A stretch of DNA of 64,000 nt. Source: Amoebidium appalachense. Its lineage: Eukaryota; Protista; Ichthyosporea. The DNA is taken from NCBI GenBank assembly GCA_963693365.1, contig CAVNZM010000001.1, positions 17,966,783-18,030,782 on the forward strand, given 5' to 3'. This document shows positions 1 through 37,716 of this stretch, one piece after another; positions within the stretch are counted from its first letter, which is position 1; each line of letters starts with the position of its first letter. Below the pieces are notes generated by a model. The model did not search any database. It was given only the letters and a program-made list of their open reading frames with translations, and was not told the origin of the DNA. The position numbers and the translations under genes are program-made.

Positions 1-161
1 TTCAAAAATGGGCCGCAAGAGAAAAAATGAGAGGAGAGGCACCCTATTTCTCCTTGTTTGTGCTCTGGGCGCATGTGCCGGTACTTATGCACGGGAGTGT
101 GAGTAGGACAGGAGAAGGGGGAAGGGGAGCGGGGAGGCGGGGGGGGGTACTTATGTTATGC

Positions 162-231
<70 letters not shown>

Positions 232-293
232 GGAGCGCGGGGGGGGGGGGGGGGGGGGGGTGGCTCAAGAAGAGTAGTCCAAAAGTTTCTAAG

Positions 294-3188
<2,895 letters not shown>

Positions 3189-3935
3189 GATGGTGGGTGG
3201 CTTGTGGAGTCAAAAGGTGAGAGTACGGCGTTTCTGAGTCAATGAGCTTTCAGAGCCGAGGATTACGTTATCCTTTTAGTCTATATATGTATACCTTAAG
3301 AAATATATATTTTGCGGATAACCAGAAAGAAGACCAGGTCCTACATGAAAATGACGTCATGGGTATGTGGATTATCATACCGGAGGTTGATCATCAGACC
3401 TAGGGGCCTAGGCTAGGGCCCGGGAGGGAGGGGGGGAGGAGGGGAGGGGGGGATGCGGAACACGGTACACGAAGAGAAACACGGTGTAGGGTACAGGCAA
3501 AAGCAAACATTCAAAGTATGCAACATCAGCAACGGACGCAGTACGTATGCAATTTAAGCAGAGCCCATCCTTAGGGGGCGCCCATACCTGGCCAAGTCGA
3601 GGCGGGAGGGGGGGGGGGGGGGGGGAGTACAGTAAGGAAACACTTCCACAAGGATCTCGAGGCTGATTTTCGCGCGGTCAATCAGTTTTGTGTATATTTA
3701 AAATAGTATAGCTCGAGCGTGTTCGAGACCAGTCGAACCACGAAGGACGGCCCGAAGTGTCACTGTTGTGTGTATATGTGTGAACTCTTCGTCCCAAAGG
3801 GCACTCTTCACAAGCGGCAGGACACTAATACGGGCTTACACTCTTGTTACTTAAAAACTTACTAGATCCAGTCGACACCCACCCATATAATAATTCTGGA
3901 TAAGTCCCCACATCCCAGCTAAGAACCCCATGCAT

Positions 3936-5995
3936 CTAATCCTGAGCGACTCTCTTGACAACCCACGCTTCACTGGGCAGCTTTTCCAGATACTTAAACT
4001 GCCTGCGCACATAAAACACAAACAAGCACGCCCCCACCACCATGCACCCCAACCCTACCGGATAGTATCCCTCTTGTTCCGTCAGACATTTTCCTCCCAG
4101 GTGCGAGCAATTTGCCTTGCCAGCATCAGAAACACATTCACCATGGCTTTCCCCTTTGGCGCCTACACACATAGCAACAGTGTAATAGTCGACCAAACGC
4201 AACACAAAATACTTTGGCCATGTACCCCCAAAGTTAGAAAAGGTATTAAGCAGCGTCAGATACGTCCCACCAATCGATGTATCACTAATCCTCGCAAAGA
4301 ACGCACCTTGCGACACGAACATCGTCGTGCTCGCAAAAGAACTTATCAAAGAAACGATCACGACCACGGAGATGTATCCTAGGTTGACCCCATCAGCAGG
4401 GAAACTGTAGACCACATACATGGACACAGCACACAGGGCCAGTCGGAGCACCTGGGCGTACACCCATGGCCTTGTTGGTCTTGAGCCAGTCGACCAGCGC
4501 GCAGCCCAGATCCCAAGCACTATCTGACAGGGAAAGTCCAAGAGCACTGTGGGAGAGACAGATCAGAAGACAGACTTAATGAACACTCATATGCACTATC
4601 TAAATTGAATGCAAAAAGGATGCGGCCCCGCCCCCTTCCCACCCCCAACCCCCCATCACCCCCCCCCCCCCGCTCCCTCACACACACACACACACACATA
4701 CACACATACACGCACAGTACACACTGACAAATCCATCTATCCACATACTAACCAACCCAATAAGACACATAGTGGTGATGGTGATAAAGCATGTGCCCTC
4801 CCGAAGAGAAACAGCAAACACCCACCTGTTAACGCCAAATGCTCTCTCTTGAAACCCTTGTCAATGAGTATCAGCCCGGTGACTGCATCGTTGGCCATGA
4901 ATCCAATCTTATGCAGCAACAAGATGGACAGCAGCGCCTGCATGTTCGGCATCTTCAGCACCTGCCATATAGTGCGGTAGGTCTCTGCAATGGACATCTC
5001 ACTGTTTGCAACCTCGGCCTCCTCCTTGAACAGAGCCAACCAGAGCGTGGTGGCAAGAGAAACTATGCCCCAGAACTGCATATATGGCCCGAGTGTTATG
5101 ATGCCGACATCTGCTGATTCCTGGCCCCATCGGAGATAAGTGTTGCAGAATTCGGGGGAGTTAAGGGCAAGGAAGATGGTGAAGGAAAGGAAGTAGCCCG
5201 TGTTGAGCCCAATGGTCTGGCAGGTGGAGGCATATTCAAGATGCTCCTGTTCGGCAGGACGAGGGTGTCAGGTGGATGTTCGGGCAGGCAAATGAAACGC
5301 GAAAGAGAGCAGGGGGTTGAGAAGGGAGCGACCACAACAGAGGCAGAGAAACGACGAAGCTCAAAGGCGGAAGGACGGAGAAGGGTGGGAAGCACTCCCT
5401 CAAGCGAGCGCAAGACGACGAAAAAAGAAAAAAAAGAATGTGCCCCGACCGTGGATTGAACACGGGACCTTTAGATCTTCAGTCTAACGCTCTCCCAACT
5501 GAGCTATCAAGGCGGATATAGTATGGGGCAATCCCCCACGCTATACAACCGTTTATAAGCCAATGTTCGTTGGACATCGACTGTTCCAAAATTATCACAA
5601 CCCTGAAGGAATGGCGTTGGACCGCCCTATGATACAGAGTACAAAATGCACTTTAAGACAGAAAACACAGAGTAATTTTTTTTTTAAAACACACACACAA
5701 GCAGCTGGCGTCATAAGCAGAGCCCCTCCCCCGGGGGGGGGGGGGGGGGGGGGGGTTCAAGGGTACGTGGATTCAAAGGGGTTTGTCGGCGTGTGTTGTG
5801 TGTGTGTGAGAGAATGGCTGTGCATGTCTGGTTGGTAGATCTTCAACGATTAAGACATTTGTGATGGTATATTTTCTTGAACATGTATGAGTGTGAGTAT
5901 CATAATGTCTGTATGCCTGGAGGCCGGTAGATGGTTGGGTAGCAGATAGAACTAAAGAGATTGGTTGGAGCATACACGGCTGTGCCCTTTTGGTT

Positions 5996-6072
<77 letters not shown>

Positions 6073-6466
6073 CGTGTGTGCGTGTACACGCTCGCATGGC
6101 TGTGCGCATTTGTGTGTCCCGCCGTGTGTGTGTGCTTGCTTGCGTGTCCCCGTGCAAGTGTGCATGTATGCGTATGGGATCCGGTGCGGTTGTATCTGCT
6201 TGTGTGTGCCCCCGTGTCTGTGTAAGTGTGTAGTGTGCGCACGGGCAGGCAAAGGAGTGAGCATGCTCGTGTACGCATGCGCACGTGCGTGCATGTGTGC
6301 ATATGTGTTTAAGCCTCCTGTTTGACCTCGATGTGGTACGGCTCGTTTGCATGTGTGCTGTGTGTGTCCCAGTGCTCGTGTGTGTGTGCGCGTGAAGGCC
6401 AATGTGTTTGTATGTGTGTGTGTGTACGTGTGTGCTGTGCGTGCGTGTGTGTGTGTGCGCGCGCGT

Positions 6467-6510
<44 letters not shown>

Positions 6511-8335
6511 CCGCCGGAAGGGGGTGGGGTTGTGTGCATGCGTGCCTGTGTGTGCTCCTGTGCCTAGATGTCTGGTAAGTGTGTGCGCGCTCAAGCCCAG
6601 GTATGCGCATGTGTGCATGTGTCAACTTGCGTGCTCAGGTGCATCTGTATATGTTATAGTTCGTGTGTGTGTGTGCCAGACTGTGGCTGTATGTGTGCTC
6701 AGGCATTACACATAGCGTACATATGGTACTCACAGCCACCCGCACAGCACAAAAAACCTGCAACAAAAATACCAAAAAAATTATTCACGCAGCAATATGA
6801 TACCTTTGACAGCAACTCCAGCGCCCAACCATCCACAGCAATATCCTGTGTAGCCGCACACAGAACCAAAAACACAAACATGGCCGTGATCGAGTAGATG
6901 TCTATGTTCTCTGATGCCAAAGTCGCATCGAGCGAAGACCCAATATAGAGGAATAGTATTCCGATCATCGTCTGTGTGGGGATGATCCACGTTTTCCTCC
7001 GTCCGATATGCTTAAAGAAGATGGAGTCGACGATTGGCGACCAGAACAGTTTCAAGCTGCGGTGAAAGGGTTAAAGGGTCATTAGGTGGTGAGGCAGAAT
7101 GTATGCAAGGTATAGTCGGAGATGGAAATAGAGCAACGTGCTCCAGAAATACTGCGAGTCCTGCACAAGGACCTGCCACATACCACATGCCGACCTGAGG
7201 GCATTTAGTATACGTCACAGTGCACGAACATTAATGACAGACAACACAACACAGATGTTTGTAACCCCCCCGGGGGGGGGGGGGGGGGGGGGGGGGGGGA
7301 GGGGAGGGGGGGAGGGGGGACACGAAAAAGGGGGGGGGGGGGGGGGGTTTGGGGGAAAGAGAGAGAGAGAGAGAGGACGCGCGCGCATGTGTGAGAGAAA
7401 GCTGGGGGGAGAAAAGTGAAAGAGAGGGAGGGAGGGAGGGAAATTGAGATGGGGGGGGGGGGGGGGGGGGGGGCGAGGAAGGAGGGAGAGAGGAGAGAGA
7501 AATAGCGAGAGAGTGTAAGATTAGACTACGACTCCCACTCCCCCCCCCCCCTTCTCTCTGTTATCACCCACCCACCCAGCACCACCTTCCCTGTCCTGCC
7601 CATCCCCGACCTACAGACATGCCCACTCTTGGCTATACACACAACTCCATTTATCGCCAATCCAGTCTGGACCTAGACAACAGTCCATTAAACCGTCCAC
7701 AGAAAGCCACCCCCCCCTCCCCCCTCCCCCCCCCCCCCTCCCCCCCCCCCCCCCCTCCCCTCGCACCTCCCTCCCCAAACACACGCCCGTCCCGGGGTTG
7801 GGGCGAGAGGAGGAAGCGTGAGAGACTGTGTATCAATCGAGACATCCCTGTCTTCACCTCACTTCCTGAATCAACCAAACCCACTGAAAAGAGACACACG
7901 CTCTAACAATACACATAAACGCTAGCCCTAATCACCCCCATCCCAACCCAATACTCAACCACCATAAAGCTTTGTGCAGCACTAAGCTGCTTATGGGCCC
8001 CTCCGCCTCCTCCGCCCCCTCTCCGCTATAATAGACGGCTTAGAACATTTATCGTAACTCATCAGGTCAAGAAGGAAAATAAATCGGCCTTCTACCAGAA
8101 TTCGACACCTACCAACGACAAATACTAATCCAAGCAACAAGAGAGAGCCAAACAAGGAAAAGCAACAATAGGATATCAGCAGATCGCCAGGCAGAATAAG
8201 AGATACAGTAAAAGAGGCAAAAGAGCGGTGGGGAAGTAGGGCCATAGGAATGCATTGGGAGTGTGGTGGGAGTTGGTCGGGGTAGGTTGGTGTACGTGTG
8301 TGTGTGTGTGTGTGTGTGTGCATGTGTGTGTGTGT

Positions 8336-8372
<37 letters not shown>

Positions 8373-8528
8373 GGCAATACGAGCGAGAAAGCTCTGTAGC
8401 AAAAGCCAAGAGCAATTTTGCCACACACCGATGGAAACAGCCCCTTCCCCGGCCCCTCCCCCCTCCCCCCTCCCCCGTTCTCCGCCCCCACCCCCCAACT
8501 CCCCTGAATGACTTCCCCAGCCGCCCCC

Positions 8529-8560
<32 letters not shown>

Positions 8561-9572
8561 AAAAAGGAAGAAAAAAAGAAAAGAAAAGAAAAGAAAAGAA
8601 AAAGGAACAATACACACACACACCACACACACACACACATACGCAGAAAAACAGGCACAACACAAAAACCAACACAGCAACAATTTCACGTCTTCGAGTG
8701 TCAACCCACCACGTTTGCAAAAAAGGTTAAGGTGCAGTCTCCCTGGCAGCTCACAACCCTCCGTTCCACTTCCCCCCTCCCCCCCTTCCCCAACCCCCGT
8801 AGCTTCACACCTGCATTCTTCCCCCCCCCCCCCCCCCCCCCCCCCTTTCCTCCCAGAGTGATCTATACAAAGTGCTGCCCAACACGTCCGTTTCTTGCTA
8901 ATTATCACCCCCATAAGTTCGAATTGAAACCAGGCACGGAAAGCATAAAGAGTAAGCAAGCCCCTGATTAAAAAAACAAAACAAAAAAAAGCAAAAGGGC
9001 ATCACACACAAGGAGTTATCATGTAAACTCAACGGTCCAAGAGAAGACAATCAGAAAGGAAAAGGGGGAAGAGGAAGTTTAAAATGCGTGTTCGAGTACG
9101 AAGTACATATTGGACAACACAAAGCAGATTTCAAAGCACACACAAAGAGTATGTCAAATAAGGGAACCCATCCTCCAGAAGGGGGGGGGGGGGGGGGGGG
9201 GGAAAGTCATAACAAACGAAAGTGTGTGTGTTTGGGGGGGGGGGGGGGGGGGAGGGTCTCATACCTGTATGGATATTGAGCGAATGAAAACACTCCTATG
9301 TCTGAATAAGACAGCTTATTTTTCAGCAGAAAGGGAACGGAACCAAAGGCCAGACCCACAGGTATGCCTTGGAGCAGATAGAGGAGCACCAAGAGCGCCA
9401 TGTTGAGCCAGTCATTTCGCGTTAGGCTCTGTCTCGTTGCTATATGCACCACCAAAGGATCCTCCATCTGTTGTATCTTAGGCTTTTCGTTCGTTTCTGG
9501 CGTGGCGAATTCTAATGATCCTGGTGCACGATTTCTGACACCCCGAGAGGCGCCATTGCTGGTGGCAGCCAT
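3936..9572 (-). CDS. SLC33A1: Acetyl-CoA transporter 1 (MFS, SLC33A1/AT-1 family), 4 exons, ~530 aa
   Basis: Exons 9572-9265, 7056-6804, 5246-4826, 4546-3936 join in phase. Motifs [94 protein letters not shown]. Confidence 0.92.
5441..5513 (-). tRNA. tRNA-Phe (GAA), intronless, inside intron 2 of the acetyl-CoA transporter gene
   Basis: Minus strand GCCTTGATAGCTCAGTTGGGAGAGCGTTAGACTGAAGATCTAAAGGTCCCGTGTTCAATCCACGGTCGGGGCA, 73 nt. Cloverleaf with A and B boxes and anticodon GAA, followed by a T-run Pol III terminator (A-run at about 5421-5435 on +). Confidence 0.96.
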
Positions 9573-10503
9573 GTCGTTATCTAAAAACTCGACGGTAGAT
9601 TGTAGCGGCTCGTGTTCAAAACCCCATGAGCTCCTTTCGCGCATAGATGCGATTCCAAAGATGCAGCATGAAGTTTCGAAAGAGGCACTTTCGTGAGTTG
9701 ATCACCTGTGTCCGTACTGTACTTTCATATGTCACTTAAGGGGAATTTGTGTGTTCACTTCTATGAATAGGTGGCGCAACTGTTATCGTCAGCATGCAGA
9801 ATAGAAAGGCAAAAATCCGTAATCCCCGGTAAATACTGCCCTAACCATTTGAGCGATTATTCGATATGACGAAAGTAAAGTCCTTCAGTCGTTCGCCAAC
9901 TTCGCCTTCTGTCATGATCATCTGCAGGCTGCAGCGTCTGTACGACACAGGTATTTCAGCGGTTAACAACGTATGACGTCATAAACTCCTTATGAACGTC
10001 ATAACAAAGCCAACATGTCGATCTCTTACCTTTTTTGAAGTGATATAGTCCCCATTGATTGGTGCACACATGTGCGCCATATTCAAAACGCACCAATCAA
10101 CAATGAATACGTTTATCTCTCGCCATCTGCCTGGCCATCATGCCAGCCTTGACAACTCTCCCGGAAGCTGAGGCCCAACCAAAAGAACAACATATGTTAT
10201 AGAAAACGAAGGTTTAAATTGGACAAACAAAGTGGCATACACGGTGTTTTTTCATGAGCGGCATACATGACGGCTTTTGACTTAACTTTGCTCTTGGAAA
10301 AGGATAAAGTTTCCGACTGACGTTATCAGGTACATCCTGCACTTCTTTAGTCTGATGCCTAAGCCCCTGGTCAAGATCGCTTTTACTATTCCAGGTTACT
10401 GAGTGACCGACGAACTCAAGCGAAGTTGTACACACTGGCGTTGTGAATTATTTTCTTTAATTTTACTTCTATTTACAGTACGGAATCAGCAGAGACGGGC
10501 GCC

Positions 10504-22892
<12,389 letters not shown>

Positions 22893-22924
22893 TGGTTGTA
22901 CACTTATGTGATAGTATTGTCTGT

Positions 22925-23012
<88 letters not shown>

Positions 23013-23403
23013 AGGATGTTGAAATATGGGATGGATTCCGTGCGCAACACATTGTCAGTTTTGTGTTGCTATTGGGTTAGATGATATACTTTGGTTTGCA
23101 TGTTTGAAATACAAATACTTTATGGTCTGGGCGAAATTTGGCTTTATTCAAGCCTTTTGCTGTCGTGCGTGCTGTAGTGCCGTAAAGTATTGGGGGTTTT
23201 TTTGTCAATGTGCTGCTTAGTGCCAGGCTACGTTTACAAGTGTATGTGGTACCGCTGTTTCCGCATTTTGCATTTTGTTGTTGCTGGGTGGAAAGAATTT
23301 GGGCTGAGCAGTTCATATATATCTTCGGCTATATATCTATCCTGGATGTGATATGTTTTTGCTTGTTTGTTTTGGTGGACGAAGGAGATTTTTTTTTTTT
23401 TTT

Positions 23404-23451
<48 letters not shown>

Positions 23452-24358
23452 CTACTCCTGTATATTTGCCAACTCCTACCCTCTCTGCTTACTTAGGCAT
23501 AAACCCCTCCCCCCCCCCCCCCCCCCCCCCCCCCTTCTTACCCCTGTAATCCAAATGGTTATTATTTCTGGAGATTTAATGGAAGAAAGTACGGAGGGAG
23601 AAGGATATTTACTAACTCAAGGATAACGTAGCATATGCATTGTGAAAGTGCAGGTTTGAGAGTGGATGCAATGTGTGTGGTTAATGTTACCAACGTGGAT
23701 AATTATCGTAGGAGAGGTTCTGTAATAACTATAGAGCGTGTAAATAGTTTTCCCACTGCTTTCTTTGGGTTTGATAATTGGGTTTTAAACCTCCGAAGGC
23801 TTTTTCATTAGGAATGTTGCCTGTTTTACACTTTGAACCTGGTTTTGCCTCTTTTATCTCCATCTTCAGATCTTGTAAAAATGAATTGTTGAGATATGCC
23901 TTGTGTGGTAGTTACTGTTTGCTAGTTGTAGTTATTGATGTATCATGTGCGGATAGAACAAGTGCCTATAGGAACTTATAATCTGAAAGGCCATTTGGTT
24001 TGGAGGCACGCTATATCTATTTTATTTAAATCTAGGGTTTATTTTTTCTATTTTATTCTATTTTATTCTATTTTGATTTAGATTGAAACCGTTGTTGGTG
24101 GCCCATTGTATATGTTTGCCATGGCGATGTGTACCACTACTGTTTATTCGCTCGTGTGTACACCATATAGTTTATGATCTGATTTGAACTGGAGAACTCC
24201 AGACATATTATGCATTCTCGTGTTTAATTCTTAGGCTTCCGTGTTTATTGTTTGCAGCATGACTTCAATTTGAGAGCCAATTAACACTGGCACCTTTATA
24301 AGGAGCTCAGCAAGGATTAAATCAGTTGTAGCTGGTCTACGCCCGAAGGTGTATTCTG

Positions 24359-24491
<133 letters not shown>

Positions 24492-24521
24492 CCCCTCCCC
24501 CCTCTCTCTCCGAAACTGACA

Positions 24522-24570
<49 letters not shown>

Positions 24571-25277
24571 CCCTCTCGGCCGACACACACACGCAACACC
24601 AACACCACTGCACCCATTACCTCAACGTTGCCTACCCACAGATCATCCCGGGCCCCGAAAGCTAACCAAGACATGTACTGTACAGCATTCACCTGGACTC
24701 CTTTTACGTACATGCATGTGTGGCGATTGGTTGTTTATTTACTTCAGCGGTGTCATATTGACTTACTGTAATCACGTGGCAATATTGCTGGTCCCACATA
24801 AGCTGGGAGCTGCTTAAAGCTAGGAACCGTTATAGTAGTAACCTGAACGCTTTCGGGGTCTCTTGAGGCTAGTCACTGCTGCCCAGAAAGGGGGGAGGGC
24901 CCATATGAGCCTACGGTGACTCCGACCCTACTGTAGGAAGGCCACGAACCGTTCATCTAAGCGACAGCGTATCAAGGCGTCCGCAATTGCAAGAGCGAGA
25001 GGTGTTGTTCTTTTGCCGAAAGAAATTTCAAGGATGAGTTGGGGGGGGGGGGGGGGGGGTAATAGGGAGCAGTAGGGAGAATAAAAGGTGAAGCTGTTAC
25101 ACGAGGACTTGGAGAGAATCAGCCTGTACGGGAAGGGTTTCAATGGGCACAGGAAACACGACAAAAACAAGAAAGCAATTGGTAACCTGGCCATGTAACC
25201 CAGCTGGGCAGGGCCGGGGAGAACGAGGTCAGGCTGGAGGAGAGAGAGAGTGTGTGTGTGTGGCCTGGGGGAGGGGG

Positions 25278-25309
<32 letters not shown>

Positions 25310-25925
25310 AATGAAATATGACCACAACGATAGCCCTTTGCTTAACAATGTGCCTGGATCCGGATTATCATTGATTCATCGTACTGAAAACCACTTAGTC
25401 TTATGCTTTGATGAGCGCATGTATTGAGTCATCATCCGATCGGTCATTTTATTTTATCATCGCTATTCGAATTCATCAAGCAAAAGGTCACTGATAGTAA
25501 AAAGGCTCGAATGCGTCTGAGAGCAACTTCCTTGTGCTAGACCACTGCAAATAGATAGCACCAAAACCTGTAACGGTCTACTCAGTGTAAAATTAACATG
25601 GAACTGTTGCTCTCTTACGGTGGGGAAGGGGGGTTGAGATTCAATGATTGGCTGCAGTGGCATAAGCCACATTTGAGCTGGATTGGTAAATGTTACAACA
25701 CAGACACAAGATCATGATCATGCAGTGAAATTTCTTCGATGGACTGTATGAACACGGGCCGGCAAGTGTGTGTAGTACCTATACGTACACACAGAGTATC
25801 ACAGTATTTTTTGTGCCCAAATCTTGCATACAAGCGGTTGTTGGTTGACTTGAGTGTCATGGTGCGGCACGATGTGTGGGCGCGTGTAATAGATGGAACG
25901 GTTACACTGTGTGTTTGTGTGATTG

Positions 25926-26019
<94 letters not shown>

Positions 26020-27317
26020 AAATGTGTGTATGTACGTGCTAAAAAATGCATGCATGCGTGTGCGTGTGTTTGTGTGTGTGTGTGTGTGTGTGCGTGTGTG
26101 CAAACGTTTCCACGGTTGCCGTTGTGTGCCAAAAGTTCTAGTTTTGTGTTTCCGTATATAGGCGCCGAAGGCCCCCGGGGACGTCAAAAGCACAGGTTGG
26201 TTTAGTCATGGCTGCAGCCTCTTTGCCTCGAGTAAACAGCGCAAAACCCCCCAAGAACATATCCGCCATGATTTCCTGGCACCCGAATTGGTGGTTAACG
26301 AGTTGTGATGGATATGTGAAAGGTGCGGTGAAAGTTACAAACGGAAGGTGAGGTGGGTGGGTGGGTGGTGGGGGGTGGTTGGAGGGGAGGGACGGGAAAA
26401 ATGGCATGTGGTGACAGTCCGAGGAGAGGGCAGGAGAGCTTTGAAACGAGGGACGAGGAGGGAAGTTCAACGGAGATCTCGAGGGGAGGGTGGGTTATAA
26501 AGTATAACCCAGTGCGGTTGAAGGCAAAGTTTCACAACCTTAAAATCCCTATGTTGTGCAACACACAATTTACAAAAAGGCATCTAATGCAAGTGACATA
26601 AATAGAGCTCATTCACAGGATCGGGCTCAGTCGACCATGGAACAGCTCTATGGAACCCGATGGGTGGACGGCCAGCCCGCCCAGAGATGGGGGGTAATTG
26701 AAGTTGAGAAAAGTCGCGTTCTGAGAGGTTGTTACTCACTAATTTCTTTAATATTTTCCCCAAAACTTGGTCACCAAGGGGTCGGTGGAGGTCGGTGGCC
26801 AGTCTTCTGAGCACAAGCCATGTATGCATGTGTAGAAAAACCTCCGTATCGGTCGTACGCAGCTACCGGTGGAGATGCTGGCCTACGAAATTTACTGATT
26901 AGAGGTGTAGTGCGTGGGTTTTTTGGCACGCTGTTACCTATTATTATTTCTCCACAAAAACATTTCATCATCCCTGACAGCTTCAAGCTGAGTCACGTTT
27001 CACCTGTTTCACTGTACATGTTGACTGTTCAGTCTGTGCAGACAAGACTGTGCAGACAAGTGAGTATGCCGGAAGATAACCTTCCACCAATAGGAACGGT
27101 CAACCAATCGAAACACACCAAGTGATGCCCGCTAACCCAATCATCGCCTACTTTGCTTTTTTTGTGCCCCGGCGGCGCTGCTTTTTTTTCACGTGGCAGG
27201 CCCTGACGCATCCCCCTGACCCCCTCCCCCTCCCCCCCTCCCCCGCCTGTTTTATTGTTCCACGCACACACTCCCCCCTTCCCCCCCCCCTCTAATCTTT
27301 AGATTGTAACTTCGAAA

Positions 27318-34738
<7,421 letters not shown>

Positions 34739-35861
34739 GTGCCCAAGCCATGGCCCCCAACCTGACCCGATTCGAAACACATGGCTGACCCGACCTGAAC
34801 CTGGCCCGCATGGATTACCCATTATGTGACGTGACGGCTGTTACACACAGTGTTTGATAATGGAAGAACTTTTCCTTCTCTGTGGTTATGATGGTTTTTT
34901 TCCCTCTGTGATGTCTATAGGTTGAGAGAGTGTGATGCTAAACATTGACCATTGCGTAACTGTGTGCTTTGTTTATTCCGCACACCCTGTCAAGCACTTG
35001 TACCTATGGGGTTTTGTGTGTGACTCATATTATGTACGCTGTGTATGCAGAATGATGAATAAAGTGAACATTTGCAAGCAAAGTTGCACAATACAATGTC
35101 TACGGCGTTAATAGACCGATTTTGGAGGAAGCCACGGCAATGTTTCTGGCAATGTTCGGTCAGGAACGTTGCCGTGGCTTCCTCCAAAATCGGTCTACTG
35201 GTTTTGTTTCAACATTCGAGTGTGTCGACGATTCCACTCACGTCACCAGATCTCAACAAACGACTAACCTAAGGAAATGTGTACCCTGTGTGTGAGTAAC
35301 CCTCCCCGCCTTCCCCCCCCCCCCCCCCCCCCCTCCTCTCCCCCCGAGGCAGAAATAACCGCAGACACCTTGCATCCAGAGCCTCACACGTGAACAGAAT
35401 AACTGGCAGTTTCTTCGGACGTGGAGATTCATGGTTCTATCAATGCGGGGAAAGTTAACGAACCCATCGTTCTGGCGGAGGATCATTAATTGTAGGTGGA
35501 CACCCCCCCCGCCGCCCACCACCACCACCCGGCCCCTCTGAGGATGGGCTCTGCTAGTTACACGAACTCCTTGTGTGTGCAAAGTCCGCGTTATGTTGTC
35601 CGTGGTGTATATTTTGTAGTCTGATGTGAGGCATCATAACGGTGACCTATACCCCTCCATCCCCTGCCCCCCCTCACCGCCCAACACACTGTGTACAGAC
35701 ACACACGTGCACACACATGTACACACCTACAAACCCACACACACGTCTACAGGCCATGGCCATGCACTCCCAGATCTCAGATCACCTTCTAGAGCTGGTA
35801 GCTCTAGCTGATCGCATAGGTGTACTCTGCCCGGTGCACTTGGGCTGGCAAAGCAAGGGCC

Positions 35862-35910
<49 letters not shown>

Positions 35911-36208
35911 TAAGGCAGGGGGGAGCTCCGGGGGCTGTGTCTTTAAGGAAACACAAATCCTTGTTTGGGAAAAGAAAAATTGTGGGGAGGGATCCGGAAA
36001 GGGGGGCCATGAACCGCCAAAGTGTATATATGATTTCAATCGCCTTCATCTAGCTACGCATAGATATTCATTGTTAGGTTTCTTGCAAGGTTGCTCAGAT
36101 TCAACTGCATACATGTTTGCCTCAGATTCACACACACAAACGAGGAGGGGGCCGGGGGGTAGCTAGAGGAGAGCTTGCAACGGGGCCCCCCGGGGGAGGT
36201 GGGAGGGG

Positions 36209-36241
<33 letters not shown>

Positions 36242-36325
36242 TGCATGCATTGAGGATGGAGGTGGAGATATCAAGTCAATTGCAAAACACAAAGAGCCTT
36301 ACATATATTGAACCAGAAACCAGCA

Positions 36326-36361
<36 letters not shown>

Positions 36362-36810
36362 GAAGTCACAGGCAAGCGACACTTCGTACGAAGGACACCG
36401 GTTTCAAGGGAGTGTGTGTGCATACAGAAGTACTTGTGTATATGTGTATATGCGCTGTGCGCGCACGCACGTGCCTGTGTGTGTGCGTGTGTTTGAATGG
36501 GTGGGAGTGGGGTGCCAGGGGAGGCGCGCGGGGCGCGAGGGGCCCCGGGGGGGGAGGGGGGGGGGAGGGGGGGGGGGGTCGCCCGGGATGGCAAGGGTTA
36601 GAGTGGGGAGAGCAGGGAAGGAACGAGAAGAATGCATCATGGAGTACTCTGAAAACAACATAGACCTGCCCAACATTTGTGGACAACATTGTTCAAGGGG
36701 ATAGGGTGTTTATTCCAGATATCTAATTGAAGGCCGATATTTAATAGCTATAGTATAAAGTGAACAACGACACATAAACAAAGTGTGTGTGCACGTGTGT
36801 GTAATATACC

Positions 36811-36945
36811 TGTGTGTATGCATGTGTGTGCGCAAGATGCATACATGTGTGTATGCATGTGTGTGCGCAAGATGCATACATGTGTGTATGCTGTGTGTGC
36901 GCAAGATGCATACATGTGTGTATGCATGTGTGTGCGCAAGATGCA
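36811..36945. repeat. Minisatellite, ~34-bp unit x ~4
   Basis: Unit approximately tgtgtgtatgcatgtgtgtgcgcaagatgcataca repeated in tandem. Confidence 0.8.
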
Positions 36946-37261
36946 CGTGTCTGTGGGCCAGTGAATGCGAGAGTTCATATGTGCACCTAATATTACTATT
37001 TTTTAACTATCAACCCGAAAAGGGGTATTCGAAAGCGGAAAACATAACCCGTCCACAATCACCTATCGAGTCATCATAAGGAGGAGCTCGTTTCATCATC
37101 TCACCAGAAATCAAAACCCTCCGCCAGATTTACAACAACGAGTTATACATCTAGTATAACAACGAGATATATTGCTAGTATGAAACTGTCCTCCCGCTTT
37201 CCAAGATGAACATATCTTATCACTGTGTGATCGCCCAATGAGAACACAGTGCCGCACATAT

Positions 37262-37327
37262 CTAGCTCATTTCTGTGGCCACGTTGACCTGCTTCTCGAG
37301 CCGACTTGCAATGCCGAGACCCAGCAG

Positions 37328-37389
<62 letters not shown>

Positions 37390-37618
37390 CATGGGGGCGC
37401 CGGGGGCGGGGGGGGGGAGGGCAAGGGGGGGGTTGGGGGAGGGGTTGCACTTGTGTTCAGGGAAACAAAGGGATGGGGCCAACAGAGCCGTTAGCAAGGG
37501 CAAGTAGGACTTGCAACATCATATCTCATCATTCGAAGTGCAAAATGAGCCCAACCTTGCGAATCTCCTTTCAGTGCTGATGGAAGAAGAAATGGGTTGA
37601 CTCATGCACATCCTTTGT

Positions 37619-37650
<32 letters not shown>

Positions 37651-37671
37651 TGGGGAGGGCGCCGGGGGAGT

Positions 37672-37716
<45 letters not shown>

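Noticed and set aside
10100-10503. TPP riboswitch upstream of, or within introns of, the thiamine gene
   Set aside because: I looked for the GCUGAGA...CCUGAU...UAAU...GCG.AGG aptamer pattern and found only an isolated gctgag. An Infernal RF00059 scan would be decisive.
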